32,000 nucleotides of DNA from Candidatus Electrothrix sp. GW3-4. Its GTDB lineage: Bacteria; Desulfobacterota; Desulfobulbia; Desulfobulbales; Desulfobulbaceae. Position 1 is the stretch's first letter. Each line of letters opens with the position of its first letter. The notes under the pieces were generated by a model, which had not been told where the DNA came from, made no database searches, and was given only the letters and a program-made list of their open reading frames with translations. This document shows, one piece after another, positions 1 to 10,878 of the stretch. The stretch lies in contig NZ_CP147990.1 in the NCBI RefSeq assembly GCF_037902255.1, forward strand, positions 3,750,001 through 3,782,000. The letters run 5' to 3'. The translations under genes and the position numbers were made by a program.

Positions 1-26
1 GTTTCATCGACAGATGCTGCCAAACG

Positions 27-1340
27 ATGAGAGTTGACAGCCAATACGAGATTAAGAACCAGAAATGGCTCCCCTGTTTTGCAAGTCCCAGGGTTGAGCG
101 GCAGTTTATGCGGGGATTCAATCTGGAGGCATTAACTGCTGGCCGGGTCGGTTTTTTTATCGTCTCTATCGTCTGGGTTGGCTTTTTCTGGTTTGATCTG
201 CAAATGCATGAACCGCAAAGATCAAGCGCCTTATTTTTCAGATTCTTTATAGGCGCTCCTCTTCTGTTTCTTGTCTTGGCAGCATTATATTCAAAATATG
301 CCGTCACTCGATATCAACTCATTATTACTTTCGGCATCATTATCATAGAATCCAGCATATTCTGGATTGTTATTATGATTGATGATTTCAAAGCCATCTG
401 TGATTCTATGGGGCTGGAACTTCCTCTGCAGGATGCGGACGGAAGAGCGCTCTTTGTTTTTACCTGGCTTCTGGTCATATTCATGGGTTCAATGCTGGTC
501 CGTTTGAATATTCTCCAATCGGTCTTTAATGGATTGGTTGTTGTTTTTTTGAACGCTCTTACTGTAAAATACTGCCAACCAACCATGATACTTATCATTA
601 TCTCAATCCCTTTCCTGCTGGCAACTCTGGCTGTCGTCTGGGCAAGCTCCCTCCACCTCCAGCAGATGACACGGCAAAATTTCCGGATCACCAAACTCCT
701 GGCCCAGAGTATGAATGAGTCCGAAAACCTGCTGCTCAACATCCTGCCAGCCCAGATTGCGGACCGACTCAAAGCGACCCCGGGGACTATTGCCGATGGT
801 TTCAATAATGTCTCTGTGCTGTTTGCAGACATTGTCGGGTTCACAGTACTATCTGAAAAATATCGACCTGACGTTCTTGTTAATCTGCTCAATAACATCT
901 TCAGTGATTTTGATAAAATTTCAGAAAAGTACGGGGCAGAAAAAATCAAAACCATCGGCGATGCCTATATGCTGGCAGCGGGCATTCCCAAAGCAAAAGA
1001 CGATCATTATAGTATTGTCGCACATTGCGCCTTGCATATGTTGCAGGCAGTAAAAAAATTTACAGATCCCGAGGGAAATCCAATTCGGATTCGTATCGGG
1101 ATCCATACTGGCCCGGCCATTGCCGGTGTCATCGGTACCCGTAAATTTTCCTATGATCTCTGGGGAGATACGGTAAACACTGCCTCCAGAATGGAATCGC
1201 ACGGCAACGCCGATAAAATTCAGATGACCAAAGAAATGGCTGACAAGTTACGCAGGGATTTCCTCATAGAACCCCGCAATGCAATTGAGGTGAAGGGAAA
1301 AGGAAAGATGCAGACCTTCTGGCTTATCGGTCCTCGTTAA
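27..1340 (+). CDS. Membrane-anchored class III adenylate/guanylate cyclase
   Basis: 437-aa ORF. The N-terminal ~200 aa are strongly hydrophobic, with about 6 putative TM helices. The C-terminal half carries cyclase-homology motifs: VSVLFADIVGFT, KTIGDAYM, GIHTGPAIAGVIG, YDLWGDTVNTASRMES. Confidence 0.85.
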   Translation: MRVDSQYEIKNQKWLPCFASPRVERQFMRGFNLEALTAGRVGFFIVSIVWVGFFWFDLQMHEPQRSSALFFRFFIGAPLLFLVLAALYSKYAVTRYQLIITFGIIIIESSIFWIVIMIDDFKAICDSMGLELPLQDADGRALFVFTWLLVIFMGSMLVRLNILQSVFNGLVVVFLNALTVKYCQPTMILIIISIPFLLATLAVVWASSLHLQQMTRQNFRITKLLAQSMNESENLLLNILPAQIADRLKATPGTIADGFNNVSVLFADIVGFTVLSEKYRPDVLVNLLNNIFSDFDKISEKYGAEKIKTIGDAYMLAAGIPKAKDDHYSIVAHCALHMLQAVKKFTDPEGNPIRIRIGIHTGPAIAGVIGTRKFSYDLWGDTVNTASRMESHGNADKIQMTKEMADKLRRDFLIEPRNAIEVKGKGKMQTFWLIGPR

Positions 1341-1424
1341 TCTCCCTCTGTGAAAAAAAGGCTGTTCTGCACCGTTGCAAAGGAGCAGAGGCGGTGCCCA
1401 AAAAAACAACATAAAAAAAGAGTT

Positions 1425-3077
1425 ATGAGTATACATGATCTTGCAGGGAAACCGGCCCCGAAATCCATCCTCGTCAATGTCCCGGAGTTAATCTCCGCCT
1501 ATTTCACCCTCAGCCCTGATTGCCAGGAGGCCACCGAGCGCATCAGCTTCGGCACCTCAGGCCATCGCGGCAGCTCCCTGAAGCGGAGCTTCAACCAGGC
1601 CCATATCCTGGCCGTGACCCAGGCGGTCTGTGAGTATCGGCAGGAGGCCGGGATCGACGGCATCCTCTTCATGGGCATGGATACCCATCCCCTGTCCTGG
1701 CCTGCCCAGCTCACCGCCCTGCAGGTGCTGGCTGCCAACAAGGTCCAGGTCCGCATTGCGGCCGGACCAGGAGGAGAGGGCCTGGGCTACACCCCGACCC
1801 CGGTGATCTCCCATGCCATCCTGACCCATAACAGCAAGGACAACGACAAGACCTGCGACGGCATCGTCATCACCCCGTCCCATAACCCGCCTGAGGACGG
1901 GGGCTTCAAGTACAATCCCCCCCACGGCGGCCCGGCTGATACGGACGTGACCCAGGTCATTGAGGCCCGGGCCAATCAGATCCTTGCGGAAAACCTTGCT
2001 GCGGTCAAGACGATTCCGCTCCAGGAGGCCCTGAAGACAGAGAACGTGCAGCTGTACGACTACATCACCCCCTATGTTAACGATCTGGAGCAGGTCATTG
2101 ATATGGAGGCCATTACCCGCTCCAATATCCGCATTGGTGCCGATGCCATGGGTGGCGCAGGCATGGCCTATTGGCAGGCCATTAAAGAGCGATACGGCCT
2201 GAATATGGAGATCTTCCATGACAGCCTGGATTCCACCTTCTCCTTTATGCATTGTGATAAGGACGGCAAGATCCGGATGGACTGCTCCTCGCCCTATGCG
2301 ATGGCCGGACTGGTGGCTATGAAGGAAGACTTCGACATTGCTTTCGGTAATGACACCGACTTTGACCGGCACGGGATTGTCACCAAGAGTGTGGGCCTGC
2401 TGAATCCCAACCATTATCTCAGCGTCGCTATTTCCTACCTGGCCCAGAACCGTCCCCAGTGGCGGCCGGACCTGGCCATTGGCAAGACCCTGGTCAGCAG
2501 CTCTATCATTGATCGGGCAGCGGCCCAGCTGGGACGGGAGGTGATTGAGGTACCGGTGGGCTTTAAGTGGTTTGTGGAAGGCCTGCGCCAGGGCACGCTC
2601 TTTTTCGGGGGCGAGGAAAGCGCCGGGGCCAGCTTCCTGCGTAAGGACGGCACGGTCTGGAGCACAGATAAGGACGGCATTATCCTTAACCTGCTGGCGG
2701 CGGAGATCACGGCCAAAACCGGCCGGGATCCGGGAGAGCATTACCAGGACCTGACCGAGCAGTTCGGGGCCCCCATCTATGCCCGTATTGATGCCCCGGC
2801 CAGCCCGGAGCAGAAGGCCGTGCTCAAGAATCTCAAACCGGAAGATGTTCCGGCGACCTCTTTGGCAGGAGAACCCATCACGGCAGTGCTGACCAGGGCA
2901 CCGGGCAATAATGCGCCCATCGGCGGCCTGAAGATCGTGGCGGAAAACGGCTGGTGCGCCCTGCGGCCTTCCGGGACCGAGGACATCTATAAGATCTACG
3001 CAGAGAGCTTTATTGATCAGGCCCACCTCAGCCGGATCCAGGCAGAGGCCCAGGCCATGGTCACGGCCCTGCTGTAG
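1425..3077 (+). CDS. pgm: Phosphoglucomutase (alpha-D-phosphohexomutase family)
   Basis: The ORF is 1350..3077. The internal ATG at 1425 (MSIHDLAGKPAP) is preferred because the 25 upstream codons are K/R-rich low complexity. Motifs: catalytic Ser loop TPSHNPPEDGGFKYN, metal loop GNDTDFDRHG, GGEESAG and RPSGTEDIYKIY. Confidence 0.9.
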   Translation: MSIHDLAGKPAPKSILVNVPELISAYFTLSPDCQEATERISFGTSGHRGSSLKRSFNQAHILAVTQAVCEYRQEAGIDGILFMGMDTHPLSWPAQLTALQVLAANKVQVRIAAGPGGEGLGYTPTPVISHAILTHNSKDNDKTCDGIVITPSHNPPEDGGFKYNPPHGGPADTDVTQVIEARANQILAENLAAVKTIPLQEALKTENVQLYDYITPYVNDLEQVIDMEAITRSNIRIGADAMGGAGMAYWQAIKERYGLNMEIFHDSLDSTFSFMHCDKDGKIRMDCSSPYAMAGLVAMKEDFDIAFGNDTDFDRHGIVTKSVGLLNPNHYLSVAISYLAQNRPQWRPDLAIGKTLVSSSIIDRAAAQLGREVIEVPVGFKWFVEGLRQGTLFFGGEESAGASFLRKDGTVWSTDKDGIILNLLAAEITAKTGRDPGEHYQDLTEQFGAPIYARIDAPASPEQKAVLKNLKPEDVPATSLAGEPITAVLTRAPGNNAPIGGLKIVAENGWCALRPSGTEDIYKIYAESFIDQAHLSRIQAEAQAMVTALL

Positions 3078-3181
3078 CGGGCTGGCAAGACAAAGGAGGC
3101 CTGCCCCCCGACCTAAGGGACCAGGGGGGTAGGGCCAGCACCGCAGCATCACACCAACTTGAATAGAGATTGAACAGAGAT

Positions 3182-4015
3182 ATGGATACCTTTCTCCTTG
3201 ATGAACAGCTCCGCTATTTCCTGCGGGAAGACCTGGAACACGGCGACATCACCACCGATGCCCTCTTCTCTGACCAGGAAAGCGCCACCGTCACCATCCG
3301 GGCCCGAGAGCCCCTGATTGCCGTGGGTATGGAGCGGGTCGCGGCCCGGGTCTTCCAACTCCTGGACCACCGAACAACCGTTGCCCAGCTGGTCCCTGAC
3401 GGACAAGGGGTCCTTGCCGGGGCAGTGCTGATGACGGTCAGCGGCCGGGTGCGTAGCCTGCTCAGGGGGGAACGCGTGGCCCTGAACCTTATCCAACGCC
3501 TCTGCGGCATCGCCACCCTGACCCAACAGTACGTGGATGCGGTGCAGGGGCTCAAAGCCAGGATTGTTGATACCCGCAAAACCACCCCAGGCCTGCGCAT
3601 GCTGGAAAAATATGCTGTCCAGGTCGGCGGAGGCAGGAACCACCGCTACAGCCTCAGCGACGGGGTCCTGATTAAGGATAACCATATTGCCGCCTGCGGG
3701 ACCATCCACCAGGCTGTAGAGCGGGCACGGGCAGCAGTGCCTCATACTATCGCCATTGAGGTGGAAACGGACACCCTGGAGCAGGTCGAAGAATGCCTGG
3801 AGTGTGGGGTACAGATCATCATGCTGGATAATATGGATTGCAACACCATGCGCCAGGCCGTAACGATGATCAACGGCAAGGCCTTAGTCGAGGCCTCAGG
3901 TGGGGTAAACCTGGACACGGTCCGGGACATCGCAAAAACCGGGGTGGATATTATCTCTGTCGGCGCCCTTACCCACTCTGCCCGAGCCTGTGATATCGGC
4001 CTGGATTGGCCGTGA
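3182..4015 (+). CDS. nadC: Nicotinate-nucleotide pyrophosphorylase (carboxylating)
   Basis: The ORF is 3170..4015, and the start is either 3170 or the ATG at 3182 (MDTFLL). QAPRTase-like blocks: GERVALNLIQRLCGIAT, DTRKTTPGLR, KDNHI, IEVE, IMLDNM, EASGG. Confidence 0.9.
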   Translation: MDTFLLDEQLRYFLREDLEHGDITTDALFSDQESATVTIRAREPLIAVGMERVAARVFQLLDHRTTVAQLVPDGQGVLAGAVLMTVSGRVRSLLRGERVALNLIQRLCGIATLTQQYVDAVQGLKARIVDTRKTTPGLRMLEKYAVQVGGGRNHRYSLSDGVLIKDNHIAACGTIHQAVERARAAVPHTIAIEVETDTLEQVEECLECGVQIIMLDNMDCNTMRQAVTMINGKALVEASGGVNLDTVRDIAKTGVDIISVGALTHSARACDIGLDWP

Positions 4016-4258
4016 CCTCAAGGCGAAGCATCAACACTCCCCAATATATCCTCTTAATTCTCCTACCAATTGTTCTCACAATGTCTCTGAGCAGTTTCTC
4101 TCTACCCTATTTATCAAAAATATAGTATAATTTTTTGAAACAGCGGTACAAATTCCACATCACCATCAATTTACCACCAACAATCAGCCAGATAACACCA
4201 ACAACATCATCCAGTATTTGTCGCAAGGAACAATAATAAGGAGAAAAGAGGAGGAAAT

Positions 4259-4450
4259 ATGATTGTTTGTACTGTTGAACAACACGATATTGTTGATTCC
4301 TCCGGTGTCCCCACCGGCGAACACGAGCTACGCGCCACCTATGCTCTTGATCTTGAAACCAATACCATCCTCTCCCTTCCCCAAGTACCTCTCTGGCAAC
4401 TTGATGCTGTCTATCTGCCCTCTCTGGACAGCTGGGTTATCGGCGCATAA
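4259..4450 (+). CDS. Hypothetical small protein (63 aa)
   Basis: Strong Shine-Dalgarno (aggagaaaagaggaggaaatATG) directly upstream, preceded by a ~240-bp AT-rich non-coding region. No recognisable family. Confidence 0.4.
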   Translation: MIVCTVEQHDIVDSSGVPTGEHELRATYALDLETNTILSLPQVPLWQLDAVYLPSLDSWVIGA

Positions 4451-4655
4451 TGACATCCCCCCTGCACAACAACAGGGAAAGGGAAAGAGATCGACTCCAG
4501 CCACCTAATACAGTATGCTACCTCTCGGGTGAACACCATAACAAAAGAGGTGAGCAAAAAGGCATAGCCAACTTGCATTTTTGGAGTAGAATAATACCGT
4601 TAAGCAATTTTACAGTACGCCGCGAGCAGCAGCGTATCAGGCCCGGAGCTTTGCA

Positions 4656-4973
4656 ATGAACAAAAAAGAATGGCAGGCCATTGAGCAGGCTCGTGAACTC
4701 TTTCAGCTGGGAGAGCAGGCAACAGCGGACGAAATGAAGCAGGCCTATCGAAGGATGTGCAAGAAATACCACCCAGACAGGGCCGAAAAGGGAGAGAAGA
4801 AAAGGTACGCCGAAATTATGTGCCACCTGACCGAATCCTATGATCTGCTCATGCGCTATATCAAGAAATACCGCTTTCCCCTCAAGCCGGATAAAGATAC
4901 CCTCTATGACCCCGAAGACTGGTGGATGCATCGCTTTGGTGATGACCCGCTCTGGGGGAGAAAAAAACGTTAA
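4656..4973 (+). CDS. J-domain (DnaJ-like) protein, 105 aa
   Basis: J-domain signature KQAYRRMCKKYHPDR containing the HPD tripeptide. No Gly/Phe or zinc-finger region, so it is a J-domain-only protein. Confidence 0.75.
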   Translation: MNKKEWQAIEQARELFQLGEQATADEMKQAYRRMCKKYHPDRAEKGEKKRYAEIMCHLTESYDLLMRYIKKYRFPLKPDKDTLYDPEDWWMHRFGDDPLWGRKKR

Positions 4974-4984
4974 GCAGGGCCCTC

Positions 4985-6799
4985 TTAGTTCCTCTCCATG
5001 CTCCAGGATTCTTGGTAAAATTTTTCCATCCTGGACCGATAATAAGCATGATTCTCCTGATCAAGCTCAGCAGCCTTTTTTTCAAGAGCAACCGCCTCTT
5101 CTCTCTTTCCATTGGCCCAAAGGGCCGTGGCCAAGGTATCAAGGACATGACCCTGCGCAGAAAAGCGGGCAGCTGAACGGGCCAAACCCAGCGCCCTCAC
5201 AGGATCACGGAGGCTGCGGTCTTTTGCCGTCAACAGCAACCAGGCCAGATTATTGGCAAGTTCAGAAGAAACAGGCAGAGAGCGTAAGGCCTTTTCATAG
5301 GCCTGGAGGGCGGCTCTTTCCTTGCCGCTCTCCAGCATCAGGTCGCCGAATAATTTAAGCCAACGGCTGTTTTCTGGCTCCTGTTCCAATTTTTCCTCAA
5401 GGATCGTCTTGACATAATGGAGCTGAGACTTGTCATAGAGTCCCTCTGTATCCAGCTGATGCAAGGACCAGGAGCCCACACCGATCAGGAAAAAGTACAC
5501 GGCAAGACTACAATAGACCTTCCAGTCGTGCAGTCGAATATTCCGTGGATTATTCTCACATCTTTCCAAAAAATCAATCCGCTCTCCGATCCCGAAATGA
5601 TGCCAGTTCTTCTTATGCCGGATATTACCGCTCATGACGGCGATTTTTTCAAAAGAACGAATCAGGGGAAAGCCCGTCTTTTGTGCCTTAAAGACATAGA
5701 GATCAGCCTGTCGCTCAAAATTTCTGCTAAAATAGCCAAATAAAAAGCGAAAATAGAGCAGCATCAAGAGAAAGAGGATTACTGTGGCAAAAACGGTCAG
5801 CAACTTATCCCCAGGAAACTGTGACCAGATCAACAGGCGATAAAACCAATCATTATTGAGCAAAAGGAGGTGGAGCGGTTCAGACACGGCCTCTGCAAAC
5901 AGACTGAAGCCGAGAAAGAGGAGCAGGTACAGGACCAGATGATATCGCTTCACATGGCCGATTTCATGGGCAAGAACCGCCTCCAGTTCTTCCTGATCCA
6001 GGGCAGAGAGCAGGGCAGGGGTCAGGAGGAGGTATCTGAACTTGGGTACCATCCCCATTACCGCGGCGGTCACCATTTTTCCTTCAAACAGGGGCCAGGA
6101 GAGTATATCAGCAGAAAACCTCTGGCTGCGGCAAAATCTTTCGATAGCATGGCGAACAGGCCCAGGCTCCAGAGGAACACATCCCCAAAGACGGCGTATT
6201 ATAGGGGGAAAGAGCAGGGTCATCAGCACAAGAAAGGGGAGAAAAAACAGCAGCTCTCCCCAGGGAGACCCTGCCCAGTTCTCCAGCTGGGTTATGGGGA
6301 GGGTATTCAGCAGATCGAAAAAAAAAGACAGGATCAGCCAGGGCAGGATAATGGTCAGATTTGTTCGGATATTATTGAGGATAAAATCGCTCAGAGCAAC
6401 ACCACTGTTGAAGAGACGCCGGTAGCTCGGCAGGGCCCGGTGCCATATCAGGATCAGAAAAACAAAAAAGAGCATCAACCCCAAGAGATTGGCTAACGTC
6501 GGCAGGGTATTATTAAAAGAAAGAGGCTGGGCGTAATACTTCAGATCAAAGGCAAAAAACGAGGTCACAAATACAACCGTTGCCAGCAGAGAGGCTCTCT
6601 TTTCCGCAGCAAAATATCGTTTGGAACTGATGTACCGGTGAGAGCTAAAAAGCTTCCTGGCAAGACGAGAAAAGGTAAGCAGAAGCAGGGCAAAGAGCGG
6701 CAGGGCGAACCAGGGAGCCAGGCGGGGCTGCTCCGGGGCAGTGGCGCTTGAAACGACAAAGATGACTGCCAAAAAATATATGAGATTATTATAGATCAT
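4985..6799 (-). CDS. M48-family zinc metallopeptidase, polytopic membrane protein with C-terminal TPR-like repeats
   Basis: 604-aa ORF with many hydrophobic helices. HExxH zinc motif in LAHEIGHVKRYH. The C-terminal ~130 aa have TPR-like repeats (ALQAYEKALR, LANNLAWLLL, LDTLATALWANGKREEAV). Confidence 0.8.
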   Translation of the reverse strand: MIYNNLIYFLAVIFVVSSATAPEQPRLAPWFALPLFALLLLTFSRLARKLFSSHRYISSKRYFAAEKRASLLATVVFVTSFFAFDLKYYAQPLSFNNTLPTLANLLGLMLFFVFLILIWHRALPSYRRLFNSGVALSDFILNNIRTNLTIILPWLILSFFFDLLNTLPITQLENWAGSPWGELLFFLPFLVLMTLLFPPIIRRLWGCVPLEPGPVRHAIERFCRSQRFSADILSWPLFEGKMVTAAVMGMVPKFRYLLLTPALLSALDQEELEAVLAHEIGHVKRYHLVLYLLLFLGFSLFAEAVSEPLHLLLLNNDWFYRLLIWSQFPGDKLLTVFATVILFLLMLLYFRFLFGYFSRNFERQADLYVFKAQKTGFPLIRSFEKIAVMSGNIRHKKNWHHFGIGERIDFLERCENNPRNIRLHDWKVYCSLAVYFFLIGVGSWSLHQLDTEGLYDKSQLHYVKTILEEKLEQEPENSRWLKLFGDLMLESGKERAALQAYEKALRSLPVSSELANNLAWLLLTAKDRSLRDPVRALGLARSAARFSAQGHVLDTLATALWANGKREEAVALEKKAAELDQENHAYYRSRMEKFYQESWSMERN

Positions 6800-6928
6800 T
6801 CATCCTTAAAGCCCAATCGCTCTTGCACGCCTCCCTTCTTTCCCTTAGGAAGCGAACAGCCTAAAGGGAGTTTGATAAGGTGAGCATAGCACCGACCGGG
6901 ATTGGAAGCAAATATTCCTGTTCGTTCA

Positions 6929-8110
6929 TCAGCTCGCCAAGTATGAGGATTCATCATCGCCCTTGGTCTCCAGCAACTCGGCAAAGGGCGCTATGGAATC
7001 CGCATGCACACTCCTCAATAACTCTTCAGGACGATAGAGAAAATCACCCTCCAGGTCATCTGCAAAAAATTCGTTCTTATAACGGGTAATCAGATTGAGA
7101 TGGCCCCACCTGGTCAGGTAATAGATAATCAGACTGGGGAGTCGGGTATAGATATTTTCCTTCGGCGCCGGATCAACAAAACTTGACTGTTCCAGTTTTT
7201 CCCGCGACAGGGTCTGGGACTGATAAACATCTTTCAAAAACATGTATTCCGGCGGCAGACGGGCCGCAATACCAAACTGGCCGAGAAAACTAATGAGCCG
7301 TTCCAGGAAAAACTTCCCTATCTGGACAACAGGGTATGGTACATATATTTCTCGCGGCTTTTTCAGCTCAAGATAGGCCCTGATGGTCAGGGCCAGATCA
7401 TCAAAGGCCACAGGTTCTTTATCAACGAAATGATAGGTCTGGCGGGAAAATTCTTCTCGATGGTTCAGGATATGATGGATAAAATAGGGGAGCTTATTGG
7501 CATTGCTGTGCGAATGCTTCACCTTCCTCCTGGTGAAGAGAAAGGGCATGGATTCATCGGCAATGGTAAAGAGCAGGCGATGAAAACCCTGGATCTTATG
7601 ATCGTGTTCCCCGTAAACAATAGCGACCCGAATAATCGTGTAATCCAGGCCCATGGTTTCCCCCATATACTCCAGGGTCGTCTCTGCCATGAGTTTGGAT
7701 TTGGCATAATTGGTCATATTGGGTTTCAGGGGCAGCCGATCCTCTTCAGCAAGGTTCTCCCCGTGCGGCAGAACAGCGGCAGAGCTCATGTAGATATAAG
7801 AAATATTCAGGGCAGTGCATGCCCGGGCTAAATTCACCGTGCCGAGATAGTTGGTCTCAAAGGCCAGCTGGGCATCTGAATCCAGGGAGGCCATTGCCGC
7901 ATTAATAACAAAATCCGGTTTCAGCCGTTGCAGATAGAGAATAATATCCTGCGCGTTTCTGATAGAGAGTTTTTTGGAGCTCGGGGCCCGGATATCAAAC
8001 TCCTCCGGGGTCTTGGACTTAAAATAATGGGCAAGGGTACCGCCGATCAAGCCGGAGCCGCCAATAAGTACGCCAAGACGACGTTGTTTTTTCTGTGATT
8101 CCTGCGTCAT
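6929..8110 (-). CDS. NAD-dependent epimerase/dehydratase (extended SDR) family protein
   Basis: 393 aa. N-terminal Rossmann motif VLIGGSGLIGGTL and a YxxxK catalytic pair (YAKSK). Confidence 0.8.
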   Translation of the reverse strand: MTQESQKKQRRLGVLIGGSGLIGGTLAHYFKSKTPEEFDIRAPSSKKLSIRNAQDIILYLQRLKPDFVINAAMASLDSDAQLAFETNYLGTVNLARACTALNISYIYMSSAAVLPHGENLAEEDRLPLKPNMTNYAKSKLMAETTLEYMGETMGLDYTIIRVAIVYGEHDHKIQGFHRLLFTIADESMPFLFTRRKVKHSHSNANKLPYFIHHILNHREEFSRQTYHFVDKEPVAFDDLALTIRAYLELKKPREIYVPYPVVQIGKFFLERLISFLGQFGIAARLPPEYMFLKDVYQSQTLSREKLEQSSFVDPAPKENIYTRLPSLIIYYLTRWGHLNLITRYKNEFFADDLEGDFLYRPEELLRSVHADSIAPFAELLETKGDDESSYLAS

Positions 8111-8376
8111 TTCGCCTCAGGTTGAATCTAGATGTTGAGTGCGCACAATACCCCAATTTGACAACACGTCTCGTATATAGCATAGATAACCGCAAAAATC
8201 ATCTTTTTTCCAGAACATAACCGTGCAGTTTCATTGACGGCCTGTTCTTGATCGGCTATGTTGGCTTTTTTGGCAACAACAAGCATAGTACATCTCCTTC
8301 CCTGCCTCCTGGAAGAGCCGGGAGGTGATGAACAGATCCACTTTGTGAAAAGAACAATAGAACTTCTGGAGGTAAT

Positions 8377-9591
8377 ATGTCTAAAATACAGGTTAAAAAT
8401 CCAATCGTAGAGCTTGATGGCGACGAAATGACCCGGATTATCTGGGCCTTTATCAAGGAAAAACTGATTCTGCCCTATCTGGACGTTGACCTGAAATATT
8501 ATGATCTCTCGGTGCAAAAGCGGGACGAGACTAATGACCAGATCACCGTGGATGCGGCTGAGGCCATTAAAAAATATCGTGTCGGGGTGAAATGCGCCAC
8601 CATCACCCCGGATGAAGGCAGGGTAGAAGAGTTTGACCTCAAGGAAATGTGGAAATCACCCAATGGTACCATTCGTAATATCATTGGCGGCACCGTGTTC
8701 CGGCAGCCGATCATCTGTAGCAATATCCCCCGTCTGGTTCCGGGCTGGACCAAACCCATTGTCATTGGTCGTCATGCCTTTGGTGATCAGTACCGGGCCA
8801 CCGATTTTCTTATCCCCGGTCCTGGCAAGCTCACCATGAAATTCGAGCCTGCTGACGGCGGCGAACCCATTGAGCACGAGGTCTTTGACTTCCCCTCCTC
8901 TGGCTGCACCATGGGCATGTACAACCTGGACGACTCTATCCGGGGCTTTGCCCGCTCCTGCATGAACTATGGTCTCAACCTGGGCTGGCCTGTCTACCTG
9001 TCCACCAAGAACACCATCATGAAGAAGTACGATGGCCGCTTTAAGGATCTCTTCCAGGAGATCTTTGAGAACGAATTCGCTGAAAAATTCGCCGAGGCAG
9101 GCATCACCTATGAGCATCGTCTGATCGACGACATGGTGGCAGCGGCCCTGAAATGGGAAGGCGGCTTTGTCTGGGCCTGCAAGAACTATGATGGTGATGT
9201 CCAGTCCGACACCGTTGCCCAGGGCTTTGGCTCTTTGGGCCTGATGACCTCGGTCCTGATGACCGAAGACGGGCAAACCGTGGAGGCCGAGGCAGCACAT
9301 GGCACGGTCACCCGTCATTACCGGGAGCACCAGAAGGGCAATGCGACTTCTACCAATCCCATTGCCTCCATCTTTGCCTGGACCCGGGGCCTGAGCTATC
9401 GTGGCACCTTTGACAACACCCCTGAGGTGGTCCGGTTTGCTGAAACCCTGGAACGGGTCTGCGTGGAGACCGTGGAATCCGGTTTCATGACCAAGGATCT
9501 GGCCCTGCTGGTGGGCAGTGAGCAGGCCTGGCTGACCACCGAGGAATTCCTGGCCAAACTCGACGAGAACCTGCAGGCGGCTATGGCCTGA
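8377..9591 (+). CDS. icd: NADP-dependent isocitrate dehydrogenase (type II, eukaryote-like ~400-aa class)
   Basis: 404 aa. Full-length IDH-type blocks: [75 protein letters not shown]. Confidence 0.92.
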   Translation: MSKIQVKNPIVELDGDEMTRIIWAFIKEKLILPYLDVDLKYYDLSVQKRDETNDQITVDAAEAIKKYRVGVKCATITPDEGRVEEFDLKEMWKSPNGTIRNIIGGTVFRQPIICSNIPRLVPGWTKPIVIGRHAFGDQYRATDFLIPGPGKLTMKFEPADGGEPIEHEVFDFPSSGCTMGMYNLDDSIRGFARSCMNYGLNLGWPVYLSTKNTIMKKYDGRFKDLFQEIFENEFAEKFAEAGITYEHRLIDDMVAAALKWEGGFVWACKNYDGDVQSDTVAQGFGSLGLMTSVLMTEDGQTVEAEAAHGTVTRHYREHQKGNATSTNPIASIFAWTRGLSYRGTFDNTPEVVRFAETLERVCVETVESGFMTKDLALLVGSEQAWLTTEEFLAKLDENLQAAMA

Positions 9592-9805
9592 TTCCTCCAA
9601 GGGCACTGAATTTTCCGGGCAGAGAATCATTATCGTTTTGCAGGGACAACCCCATGTGTTTCGCCCTTGATGATCACCCTTGATATTTTGGGCAGGCACA
9701 GGGACCTGCCCCTACAGTTCCGAGCCCGGCCTGCCCCTGAAAGAGGCTCTTATTTTGTAAAAATTTTTATGAAAAAACCTGGCTTCTTCCAATAGATATG
9801 ATGCC

Positions 9806-10564
9806 ATGTCTTTCCTGCACAAAGGGATACAGGCCCTGCAAGAGCTGCTCTTTCCGGCCCGCTGTCTGGGCTGTGAGGAGCAGCTCGCCTCTTCCCGCCC
9901 TCCCCTGCTCTGTTCCGATTGCCTCAAGGGGGCAACCACGCTCCCTCCGCCCTTCTGCACCTGCTGCGGCACGCCTCTGCCCTTTGGCGACAACCATCTC
10001 TGCCTCAGCTGCCTGGAAGAACCCCTTGCTCTGACCAGGGCCCGCTCAAGCTTTCTCTACCAGGAACCCATCAGCACTCTGGTGCGCCAACTCAAATTTA
10101 ACGGCAACCTTACCGGTCTTGCCTCTCTTGCTGCCTTAGTACAAGAAACAGCAGCCTTTGCAGATCTCAATCCACCCGACCTTATCCTACCCGTTCCTCT
10201 CCATATCCAACGCCTGCGCGAACGGGGCTTCAACCAGTCCCTGCTTCTGGCCCGAGCCTGTTTTCCAGAATGGCAGCAACGTATTCGCTTTGACCTCCTG
10301 AAACGTCGGCGCCCCACCGTCCCGCAAACCCGACTCAGCGGTAAGGCCCGCCGCCATAACCTCCATAAGGCCTTCTGCGTCCAGCAACCTCATACTGTAC
10401 AAGGGAAACACATCCTGCTGGTGGATGATGTCCTTACCACCGGCTCCACTCTGCATGAATGCGCCAAGGTGCTCTTGGAGGCAGAAGCTACAGAGGTTGA
10501 GACCTTTACTGTGGCTAGGAGTGGGGCTGCTGGTACAGGTGGACGATCCGTATCGCAGCGATAA
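9806..10564 (+). CDS. comF: ComF-family protein (phosphoribosyltransferase fold with N-terminal Cys-rich zinc finger)
   Basis: 252 aa. Cys pairs CLGC..CSDC and CTCC..CLSC at the N-terminus. PRTase PRPP loop ILLVDDVLTTGSTL near the C-terminus. Confidence 0.8.
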   Translation: MSFLHKGIQALQELLFPARCLGCEEQLASSRPPLLCSDCLKGATTLPPPFCTCCGTPLPFGDNHLCLSCLEEPLALTRARSSFLYQEPISTLVRQLKFNGNLTGLASLAALVQETAAFADLNPPDLILPVPLHIQRLRERGFNQSLLLARACFPEWQQRIRFDLLKRRRPTVPQTRLSGKARRHNLHKAFCVQQPHTVQGKHILLVDDVLTTGSTLHECAKVLLEAEATEVETFTVARSGAAGTGGRSVSQR

Positions 10565-10614
10565 AATACAAAAAAAGCCGCAATGGTGGAATGAGGAATC
10601 CTGAAAAGATGCTG

Positions 10615-10770
10615 GGGTGTGGCAGGGGCAACCCTCTGTGTCCGCTCTGATTTTTCCCGGCAGGTGGGTTACACAGCAAAGGGCGACCGGCAGTCGCCCG
10701 GTTCCAGCCGGGGTGTTCGCCCTGGTCTATCTCGGTGGAAACATCAAGGGCAGACACACAGGTCTGCCCT
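10615..10770. repeat. Cluster of REP-like GC-rich hairpins (trailer copy)
   Basis: Contains hairpins gggcgaccggcagtcgccc (10681-10699) and gggcagacacacaggtctgccc (10748-10769). Same family as the elements at 9640-9716, 11741-11817 and 17521-17636. Confidence 0.6.
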
Positions 10771-10773
10771 AAC

Positions 10774-10809
10774 ATTAGAATACCCTCTTCATAGGGTAGG
10801 TGTTCCAAC
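10774..10809 (-). repeat. Solitary degenerate CRISPR repeat (orphan 1)
   Basis: attagaataccctcttcatagggtaggtgttccaac matches the array repeat at 31/36 positions. The internal hairpin taccct/agggta is intact. It lies 1008 bp away from the terminal repeat of array 1. Confidence 0.85.
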
Positions 10810-10878
10810 GGATCAGTTATCTTTTTCAGAAGCTACTCCGATAACTTATCAAGAGAAACATGCTTCTCAAAAAAAACA

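Noticed and set aside
314-955. 213-aa ORF antisense to the cyclase gene, plus the overlapping 715..1053 plus-strand ORF
   Set aside because: They overlap the motif-bearing cyclase frame, and no independent start signals or recognisable motifs are present.
1557-3152. 531-aa ORF antisense to pgm
   Set aside because: It lies opposite a confidently identified, GC-rich gene. Its composition is Gly/Arg/Ala/Pro-rich low complexity, typical of antisense frames in high-GC coding DNA.
8656-9699. 347-aa ORF antisense to icd
   Set aside because: The same reasoning applies. The sense strand encodes a full-length, motif-complete isocitrate dehydrogenase.
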